NCBI GenBank assembly: GCA_027021705.1
Contig: JALUTT010000036.1
Span: 1-59,911 of the forward strand
Direction: 5' to 3'
Source: Anaerolineae bacterium
Lineage (GTDB): Bacteria > Chloroflexota > Anaerolineae > S140-20
DNA length: 59,911 nucleotides
The position numbers and the translations under genes are program-made. Below, in pieces: positions 47,956-56,200 of the stretch (the stretch's first letter is position 1; every line of letters starts with the position of its first letter). Below the pieces are notes generated by a model. It was not told where the DNA came from. It did no database searches and saw only the letters and a program-made list of their open reading frames with translations.

Positions 47956-48831
47956 CTACCCCAGGTACTTCCCCACGAGGGGCTTCAGCTTCTCCCGAGT
48001 CTCGGCCGGGATGACCTCCCGCTGGGTGATGATGGCGTCGGCCAGGGCCGATCCGCAGCCACAGGTACGAGGAGCCGTCGCCACCTCGGCCACCAACCCT
48101 CGGATCGCCTGCTGGGCCAGCGTGGTGTTCTGGTTCAGGATGCGGATCACCGCCTCGACGCTGACCGGCTCCTCGCTTTCGTGCCAGACATCGTAGTCGG
48201 TCACGTGGGCCATCACGGCGTAGCAGATCTCCGCCTCGCGGGCCAGGAAGGCCTCAGGGCTCGTCGTCATCCCAATGATGGACATCCCCCACTGGCGGTA
48301 GGTCCAGGATTCCCCTTTGGTGGAGAAGCGTGGCCCTTCGATGGTGATGAAAGTCCCTCCTCGATGGACGGTGCCTCCCGCTTCCTCGACCGCTTGGGCC
48401 AGCCGGGCCGACAGATCGGGGCAGAAGGGCTCGGCCACGCCGATGTGAGCTACCAGCCCATCGCCGAAGAAGCTGTAAGCCCGCTTCTTGGTGAAGTCGA
48501 AGAGCTGGTCGGGGATGACGATCTCGCCAGGGTGGATCTGCTCCTTCAGACTGCCACAGGCGGAGACGGCGATGATCCGCTCTACCCCCAGCGTCTTGAG
48601 GGCGAAGATGTTGGCCCGGTAGTTGACCTCGGTGGGCATCAGCCGGTGTCCCCGTCCGTGGCGGGCCAGAAAGGCGATGCGCACCCCTTCCAGCGTGCCG
48701 ATGATGACGGCGTCCGATGGCTTTCCAAAGGGTGTTTCGACCCACCGCTCTTCGATGTCGGTGAGTCCTTCCATCTGGTAGAGGCCAGAGCCGCCGATAA
48801 CGGCTATGCGGATGGCTTCAGATGTGGACAT
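47956..48831 (-). CDS. mtnP: S-methyl-5'-thioadenosine phosphorylase
   Basis: IGGSGLY, TPFGKPSD, ARHGRGH, EGPRFST, GMT..PE, VTDYDVW. Confidence 0.93.
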   Translation of the reverse strand: MSTSEAIRIAVIGGSGLYQMEGLTDIEERWVETPFGKPSDAVIIGTLEGVRIAFLARHGRGHRLMPTEVNYRANIFALKTLGVERIIAVSACGSLKEQIHPGEIVIPDQLFDFTKKRAYSFFGDGLVAHIGVAEPFCPDLSARLAQAVEEAGGTVHRGGTFITIEGPRFSTKGESWTYRQWGMSIIGMTTSPEAFLAREAEICYAVMAHVTDYDVWHESEEPVSVEAVIRILNQNTTLAQQAIRGLVAEVATAPRTCGCGSALADAIITQREVIPAETREKLKPLVGKYLG

Positions 48832-48872
48832 AGAAACCCCTCCTAAGCGTGTTGCGTGTTATGTATCGCGTG

Positions 48873-49766
48873 TTACGGGCTGTTGGGCGGGTGGGGCTGG
48901 CCCAGGAAGTCCAGCAGGAAGCGGACAAGGGTGTCGGGCTGCTCGTCCATCGGCTGGTGGCCTGTGGCGGTCAGGGGGACCAGCCGGGCTTTGGGGATCT
49001 GCCGGGCGGCCAGGGCAGCTTCGGCGGGCGGGATGATCCGGTCGAAGGGGCTGGCGAGGATCAGGGTGGGCACCCGAACCCGTGAGAGGTGGGGGCTGAG
49101 GTCGGTGTGGGCGACGGCGTAGAGGCTTTCCAGCGCAGCGTCGGGGGTTGCCCGAGCCAGGTCTTCCACATCCCGCCGGATCGCCGATCGGGAGCCATGC
49201 CAGGGGTGGAGGTACATCGCCCGGACACCCAGCGTGGCCAGCGTCCACAGGCGGCGGGAGAGGGTAAGGACCCACTGACCTACCGGGCGGTTGAGGAAGA
49301 GTTCTAGGGAGAAGCGCAGCCGTCCGCTGATCACCGGATTGATCAGCACCAGCCGGTCCACCAACTCGGGCCGTTCCAGGGCCAGGCGCAGGGCGATGGC
49401 TCCGCCCATCGAGTGGCCGACGACCGCCGGGGAGGTGATCCCGACCGCTTGGATAAAGGCGGCCACTAAGTGGGCGAAGCGGGCAATGGTGTAGGGGCCG
49501 TTTGAGGGGCCTTGGGAGTCGCCGAAACCGGGCAGGTCGGGAGCCCAAGTCCGGTGGCCTGCTGCAGCCAGTCGGCCCATCACGCTCTCCCAGATACGGT
49601 GGGAGCTGGCCCAGCCGTGGATCAGGACGATATCAGACCCTCCGCCCTGCTGCCAGTAGCGGAGGGTGTGGCCTTCTACCTCCACCTCGAACATTGCGCC
49701 GTTGTGGGGCGGTGCTGCTGGGTGGGGAGGGCTGTCCGGGCTTACGGGCTTGTTTGGGCTCTTCAT
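48873..49766 (-). CDS. Alpha/beta hydrolase
   Basis: LIHGW, PDLPGFGDS, GHSMGG, catalytic D and GH. Confidence 0.92.
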   Translation of the reverse strand: MKSPNKPVSPDSPPHPAAPPHNGAMFEVEVEGHTLRYWQQGGGSDIVLIHGWASSHRIWESVMGRLAAAGHRTWAPDLPGFGDSQGPSNGPYTIARFAHLVAAFIQAVGITSPAVVGHSMGGAIALRLALERPELVDRLVLINPVISGRLRFSLELFLNRPVGQWVLTLSRRLWTLATLGVRAMYLHPWHGSRSAIRRDVEDLARATPDAALESLYAVAHTDLSPHLSRVRVPTLILASPFDRIIPPAEAALAARQIPKARLVPLTATGHQPMDEQPDTLVRFLLDFLGQPHPPNSP

Positions 49767-50542
49767 GGGGATGACGTCTCCGATGGGGTGGGAGGGACGA
49801 TCACGATGGGCACAACGCAGGGCTCCGGGAAGTTGCCGGTGTTGTCCACGACGACGAGCCGGAAGAGGTAGTTGCCCGGCGGTAAGGGGCTGGCGTCCCA
49901 CGTGCCCAACAGCCCGTTGACCACGGGGTTGGGGAAGCTCTGGATGGTGACCCACTCGTTGCTCCCTTCGGCCTGGATCTCGAACTTGTAGAACTGGAAG
50001 TCGGGGATGCTGGCGGTTCCCCAGACCTCGACGATGCCGCTCAGTTGGGCGCCGACGGTGGGCCGGATGAGCTGGGTGCCGGCGCTGACACAGGCAGGGG
50101 CCGGGCCGGCCGTCGGCGTGGCCGAGACGGCCAACGCCGGTGTGGGGGTCGCCGGGGGTGGCAAGGTCGGCACCGGCCCCAGGTCCACCGTGGGCACCAG
50201 CGTCGGCGTGGGAGAGGGGGTGGGGGTGGGGGCCGGACTGGGCGTGGGCGTGAAGAGCCCCGGCGGCAGCGTGGGGGCCGCTTCCGTCGTGGCCGGAGGC
50301 AGGCGGGGCGTGACGTAGTTGGCAACCACGTAGACCCCGCCGGCCAGGGCGACGAAGAGGAAGGCCATCATCCAGGCCTGGGTCTGACGGCGTATCGCCC
50401 CCTCTCGCTCCAGGGTGAAGACGGCCAGCGACTCTTCCCGACGGGCGAGCAAGGCCGTCCGGATGTAGAAAAGCACACCCAGGGCGCAGAGGGCGTAGAG
50501 GGCAGCGGCGTATTGGGCGATCAGTTCAGGGATGACTCTCAT
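49763..50542 (-). CDS. Membrane protein with two TM helices, Pro/Thr linker and Ig-like C-terminal domain
   Basis: Hydrophobic segments; (PT)n linker; GTA...FQFYK...LGTWD....G.Y..RLVVVD. Confidence 0.8.
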   Translation of the reverse strand: MRVIPELIAQYAAALYALCALGVLFYIRTALLARREESLAVFTLEREGAIRRQTQAWMMAFLFVALAGGVYVVANYVTPRLPPATTEAAPTLPPGLFTPTPSPAPTPTPSPTPTLVPTVDLGPVPTLPPPATPTPALAVSATPTAGPAPACVSAGTQLIRPTVGAQLSGIVEVWGTASIPDFQFYKFEIQAEGSNEWVTIQSFPNPVVNGLLGTWDASPLPPGNYLFRLVVVDNTGNFPEPCVVPIVIVPPTPSETSSP

Positions 50543-50572
50543 ACGGCATCGGATGGGTTTCGATCCCTCTTC

Positions 50573-51415
50573 TCACAGGGCTCGCAGGACACCCCGGATG
50601 ATGGTGCTCAGGCGGGGGACGATGAGCTGAGCTGCTTCCAGGACCTCTTCGTGGCTGGGCTCCTCGGTCTCGCCGGGAGAGGCAACGGCTACATTGCTGA
50701 TGCCGGAGATGCCCAGCACCCGGGTACCGCCGTGGCAGGCGACGGTGACCTCCGGGACGGTGGACATCCCCACAGCGTCGGCCCCGATCTGCTGCAGAAA
50801 GCGGATATCGGCCGGGGTTTCGAAGCTGGGGCCGGCCAGGCAGATGTAGATTCCCTCCCGCAGAGGGATACCTGCTTCGGCTGCGGCCCGGCGGGCCAGG
50901 TCCGATAGCTCTGGATCGTAAGCTTGGGTCATCGGGGGGAAGCGAGGACCAAACTGATCCAGGTTCGGCCCCCGCAGTGGGTTCAGACCGGCCATGCCGA
51001 TCAAGTTGATGTGGTCGGTGATCAGCATCAGATCGCCAGCCCGGAAGTCGGGGTTGAGGCCTCCGGCCGCGTTGGTAACGATGAGGATTTCGACATCCAT
51101 CGCCTGCATCACGCGGACGGGGAAGGTCACTTGAGCCATAGAGTAGCCTTCGTAGTAGTGGGCCCGGCCCTGCATCACCATCACCGGTTGGCTCTCCAGA
51201 TGGCCGATCACCAACCGGCCAGCGTGGCCTACCACCGTGGCCTGGGGGAAGTGGGGAATTTCCGGATAGGGGATGGCCGTTGCGTCTTGAACCGCGTCGG
51301 CGAGCCCGCCCAGGCCGGAACCCAAAATCAATCCCACTCGGGGTGGGATGGTTGCGCGTTGTCGGATAGCCTGAACGGCTTCCTGGATTTGTTCATACGT
51401 GACGAACTTTTCCAT
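50573..51415 (-). CDS. punA: Purine-nucleoside phosphorylase (trimeric type)
   Basis: ILGSGLG, QGRAHYYEG, TNAAGG, GPSFETPA, GMSTVPE. Confidence 0.93.
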   Translation of the reverse strand: MEKFVTYEQIQEAVQAIRQRATIPPRVGLILGSGLGGLADAVQDATAIPYPEIPHFPQATVVGHAGRLVIGHLESQPVMVMQGRAHYYEGYSMAQVTFPVRVMQAMDVEILIVTNAAGGLNPDFRAGDLMLITDHINLIGMAGLNPLRGPNLDQFGPRFPPMTQAYDPELSDLARRAAAEAGIPLREGIYICLAGPSFETPADIRFLQQIGADAVGMSTVPEVTVACHGGTRVLGISGISNVAVASPGETEEPSHEEVLEAAQLIVPRLSTIIRGVLRAL

Positions 51416-51499
51416 CAACTATCTCCTTCGGTGGATGTGAAGTGAACCACAGACGGATGAACTCAGACGAGGTAAAATAGAACAGGGTTTGTGTGTCTA

Positions 51500-52147
51500 T
51501 CAGATTTGGTCCAACAGCTTGCGGCGTTTCTCCTCAAATTCCTCGTCGCTGATCAGGCCCTTCTGGCGAAGCTCGTCCAGCTCGGCGATGAGTTCGGGGA
51601 TGTCGGCAGCTTGGGGAGCCTCGGTGGCGAGCACCCGTTTGCTGCGACTCTCAAAGGCGTCCAGCTCACCCAGGGACTCTTTCTGATTCAACATCTCCGT
51701 CTTCAAGCGCACCGGTCGGGCGATCCGTCGAAAGAGATTAACCCCCACGTCGGAGCCCGTGATGATTTCCACGTCTCCATAACCAAGCATCCTCCCCAGG
51801 ATGGACTGACGCATGACGACGTCGTTGACCTTCTCCAGCGAGGAATCGGAGACGCGCTTGTTGATGACCCCACGCACCTCCATCACCCGACGGTTGGTGA
51901 CCAAGTATTGCAGGTTCCACCAGTCCAGCAGTCGGACGAGGAGGTGAATCAGGGGCAGCGTGGCCAACACCAAGGGGAGGATGGCGAGGATCTTCCATGC
52001 GCTTCTGAACAACAGGGCGGCCACCCCCAGCGCCAGGAGGGTCAGCACGGCGTCGCCCAGAAAGGTGGGGAGCAGGGTCAACCAATGTCGGCGTGTGATG
52101 AAAACCACGCGCTCGTTGCGGCCCAGCAGTCGGTCTATGTAGCCCAT
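51500..52147 (-). CDS. Membrane bPH_2 (PH) domain protein with C-terminal SHOCT
   Basis: YLVTNRRV...G, QSILGRMLGYGDV, L..L.QKGLISDEEFEEKRRKLL. Confidence 0.85.
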   Translation of the reverse strand: MGYIDRLLGRNERVVFITRRHWLTLLPTFLGDAVLTLLALGVAALLFRSAWKILAILPLVLATLPLIHLLVRLLDWWNLQYLVTNRRVMEVRGVINKRVSDSSLEKVNDVVMRQSILGRMLGYGDVEIITGSDVGVNLFRRIARPVRLKTEMLNQKESLGELDAFESRSKRVLATEAPQAADIPELIAELDELRQKGLISDEEFEEKRRKLLDQI

Positions 52148-52186
52148 CGAGTCCCTCCTTAGCATGATGATTCTCTGCGGATGCCC

Positions 52187-53059
52187 TTAAGCGTGGCCTT
52201 CAGGCTCGGTGAGTTGGGCGTAGACCTGGGTTGCGGCCCTCGTTGTGTGTCCCAGGATGGCCTGGATCTCTTCTAAGGTGGCGCCGGCCCTCAAACGATG
52301 GACGGCGAAGGAGTGGCGTATCGCGTAGGGGGTAACGTCGGCTCCCAGTCCCGCTGTTTTGGCGTATTCCTTGATGGTCAACCAGAGCCCCTGCCGGGTC
52401 AGGGGGCGGCCCTGAAGGCTGAGGAAGAGGGTATCGTTGTCCTCCGATCGGCCTAGGAGGTACGGGCGTCCTCGGGCTAGGTAGTCCTGGAGGGCGGATG
52501 CGACCTCGGTCGGTAGCGGAATGGTGCGGGAACGCCCGCGGGTGTCGGTGAAATGCAGGGTGGGAGGCTCCCAAGTGAGATCGCTCACCCGCACGGCGAT
52601 GATCTCAGAGACTCGCATGCCGGTGGCATAGAGCAGGTGGAGCAGGGCGAGGTCCCGTAGGGCTTTGGGGCTGTCGGATTGGGCTGGGGCCTGGAGCAGC
52701 CGACGGATCTCCTGCTCGGACAGGACGCGAGGAGCGCGTCGCCTCACCGACGGCGAGGCAACTGTCACGGTGGGATCGTCAGAGATGATTCCCTGTTGGA
52801 CCAGATGGTGAAAAAAGGAACGCATTGAAGCGATCTTACGGGCGATGGTTGAGAGGGAGTAGTGGGAGGTTCTCAGATAACGGACGTAGGCGTGCACGGT
52901 CTCTACCGATACCTCTTGCCAGGTCGTTGGGGGCGGCGTGACGTCCCGCTGCAGGAAACGCAGAAGCTGGTGCAGGTCGTTGCGGTAGGCTGCGACGGTG
53001 TGCTCGGAGTATTGTTTTTCGGTGAGGTTTTGAAGGAACAGTGTGACCTGCTCCTGCAT
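52187..53059 (-). CDS. XerD-like tyrosine recombinase
   Basis: SAM-like N-terminal domain, LYATGMRVSE, LTRQG.W, RHSFA, LGH....TQVY; adjacent to PNP. Confidence 0.88.
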   Translation of the reverse strand: MQEQVTLFLQNLTEKQYSEHTVAAYRNDLHQLLRFLQRDVTPPPTTWQEVSVETVHAYVRYLRTSHYSLSTIARKIASMRSFFHHLVQQGIISDDPTVTVASPSVRRRAPRVLSEQEIRRLLQAPAQSDSPKALRDLALLHLLYATGMRVSEIIAVRVSDLTWEPPTLHFTDTRGRSRTIPLPTEVASALQDYLARGRPYLLGRSEDNDTLFLSLQGRPLTRQGLWLTIKEYAKTAGLGADVTPYAIRHSFAVHRLRAGATLEEIQAILGHTTRAATQVYAQLTEPEGHA

Positions 53060-53291
53060 CGAAGTCTCCTTGCAAGCGGTCGGCCTCCTCCGGGAAGCAC
53101 GGGTCCCCGGAGATCGCCCGAGGCTGACCCCTCGCGCCAGGTACGGCTGGCCGGGTCTGCCTCTATTATACCTGCCTTTGCATAAAGTCACAAATCGCGA
53201 CGATTACCTCGTTCTAACCGATCTCTTGCTTTTTCCTCCCCTCCTTGAGGTACACTCTTGAGAGGAGCCGGGAGGGGTGGGACGTTGGCGT

Positions 53292-56200
53292 ATGAGGATT
53301 TACAGACGATATCATCCGGTCCACTGGCTCATTATCTTGGGTCTTGTCGCGCTCACCATCAATGCCTCCCCGACGAGGGTTGGGGCTGGCACTCGGGCAG
53401 TTCCTTTCCCCCCTTCGTCGTGGGTCGCGTCCCCGTTGCCTGCTTGGTTCTCTTCCCCTGTCCCTTCTCCCGCGCTCCCCGCTCAGGTCTCCGGCGGGTC
53501 TCGGGCCGGTGGTACGCTGGAGGCTAACGAGGTCTGGTCCGGTGTGATCACGGTGACCGGCGACCTGACGGTGGCCGCCGGCGTCACTTTGCGCCTCCTG
53601 CCGGGCACCGAAGTGCGTTTCACCCCCACCGATGGACAGGCCTCTGGGCTGGATCCCCAGCGGGTCGAGTTGATTGTGGCCGGCTCCCTCGTTGCAGAGG
53701 CCACCGCTGCTCCTATCACCTTCACCTCGGCAGCCTCTTCCCCTGCCCCCTCGGACTGGTATGGCCTTCGCTTCTTGCCTGGCAGCAACGGCACGCTGAG
53801 CGGTACCCTGATCCAGTACGGCGTCGGCGGGGTGGCGGCGGAACGAGCTGCCGTTTCACTGCTCGGCAATACCATCCGCCGGATGCGGGGGGCCGATGGC
53901 CCCAGGGGGTTGGGGAGCCCCGGCGGGGCAGGGGGACCGGCCTACGGGATCAGCTACACGCTGGAGGGGGGGGCCGTCTCATTGCAGAACAACCAGGTGC
54001 TTGACATCCGGGGGGGAGATGGCGGGGATGGAGACGACGATGGGTTTGAGGGCGGCCCTGGAGGGGGGGCCTACGGCCTCTACCTCGCCGGATCTGGCAG
54101 CGTCACTCTGCGGGACAATCAGGTCCTGACGGTGACCGGCGGGAACGGTGGACGGGGTGGCAATGGGGCCTCGGGTGGTGATGGTTTGTCGGGCGGTGGT
54201 GGTGGCGCCGGAGGGGCGGCCTACGGTGTCTACGCCCGGGGGATTGCATTGACCGGAGGGGGGAACCGGGTGCGTGGGATCGTGGGCGGTGATGGCGGCA
54301 CCGGAGGCGATGGGGGTGTCGGCACCGACATTTCGGGCAGCGGTGGGTATGGGGGGATGGGAGGTGCTGGTGGGGAGGCCCACGGCGTCTATGGGAGCGA
54401 TGTGACCTTCTCCCTGGTGGGGGATCGGGTAGAGGATGTGCGAGGAGGCGCTGGCGGGACTGGTGGGATCGGTGGGAATTCCCCCGGCTCCGGCGGTCGG
54501 GGAGGGCACGGTGGCCCTGGCGGGAGGGCGACCGCTTTCGCCTTCAGCACGGCGTCCGGCGGTCTGATCTCCTCGGAGGCCCAACGGGTCCAAGGCGGGG
54601 CCGGCGGTCAGGGGCGTTCAGGGGGGGACGCCCTGGTTGGGGGGTTGGGTGGCAACGGCGGGGCGGGGGGGCCCACTTGGGGCCTCTATCTGGAGGCCGC
54701 CTCGGTGAGCATCGAAGAGGGGCTGGTACAGGACCTGGTCGGCGGTTCAGGAGGGGATGGAGGGGATACCGGTAGCGGTGCGGTTCCCACCTTCGGCGGG
54801 TGGGGGGGGAGCGGTGGTGATGCCGTCGGTCTTGGCTGCATCACCAGGCCGATCACCGTCGAACGGACCCAGGTGTTCAACTTGGTAGGCGGCGTCGGCG
54901 GCGATGGTGGGGATGGCGTCTTGCGGGCCGGGGGCGGTGGTGATGGCGGCATAGCAAGCGGGCTCTCCTGTCGGGCGGCCGATCCCTTCGTCGCCAACAA
55001 CCTGGTTCGTCTGACCTACGGCGGGCAGGGAGGCGATGCCGGCCTGGGTGGGGACCCTCAGGCCGGGGATGGTGGGGACGCCCACGGCCTGCTCCTGGAG
55101 GGGGATGGCGGGCAAGTGCTCCACAACACGATCCTCGCCTCGGCGGGGGGCCTTCCGGGAAACGGTGGCGGGACGGCCGGCACGGGCTTTGGCCTGCGGG
55201 TCCGCGCCGGAGCCACTCCCACGATCTGGGCCAACATCTTCGTCTCCCACCAGGTGGGGCTGGAGGCTCCGGCGACGGTCGTGCCGGTCTACAACGATTT
55301 CTTCGACAATGGGACGGACGCCCGGGGACTGGCCCTCAATGCGACCAACCTCTTCACAGACCCGCGCTTCGTTGATCCGGCGGCTGGGGATTACCACCTG
55401 CGCCTCGACTCGCCCCTGGTGGATGCGGGAGGGGGGACGGCGCTCTCGGAGGACTTCGAGGGGGATGTCCGCCCCCAGGACGGGGATCACGATGGCGTGC
55501 CGGTGGCCGACATCGGCTACGATGAGGTGACCCCGCCCATCCTGCTCAAGATGGTCAGCGATGGGGAGGCGGAGGCGGGTGACGAACTGACTTACTTCCT
55601 GGTGATGGCTTCTTCCTCTTTCACCCTGCCCGGTGCGATCATCACCGATCGCCTGCCTCCCCTGACCGGGTACCAGGGTGGTCCGGTCTGCAGCTACGGT
55701 GGGTGCGCCTACGCGGGTGGTGTGGTGACCTGGACGGGCACGCTTCTGCCCGGTGTCCCCCTGGTGCTGAGCTACACCGTTCGGGTCACTCAGGTGCTGG
55801 CGGAGGATGGGCAGATCGTCAACCGGGCCGAGGCCTACGATGGTCTGCGCTACACTTTTGAGAGCAACCCGGTGACCACGACGGTGCGGGCCCCTCGGTT
55901 GACCCTCAGCAAGGTGGATGTACCGGACCCGGTGCCGGCCGGTGAGAGGCTTACGTATTACCTCACCGTGGGCAACGAGGGCGGACGGGCCTGGGGACTG
56001 GTGGTCAGCGATCGCCTGCCAGCCGAGGCCACCTTCGCCCGCTGCAGCGGTGGCGGAGGCTGCGGCTATCAGGGAGGGGTGGTCACCTGGACGGTGCCGC
56101 TCCTGGAGGGTGGGGACGAGTTGGCCCTGACCTTGGAGGTGACCGTTTCAGGGGCGTTGCGCGACGGAGACCAGATCGTCAACGATGGCTACGAGGTCCA

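Noticed and set aside
52187..53059. Integron or prophage integrase
   Set aside because: XerD-like length and motifs, housekeeping context, no IntI insertion, no phage genes, and about 16.5 kb from the attC
53880..55200. PE-PGRS gene
   Set aside because: No PE domain; the Gly-rich segments are part of a signal-peptide beta-helix protein
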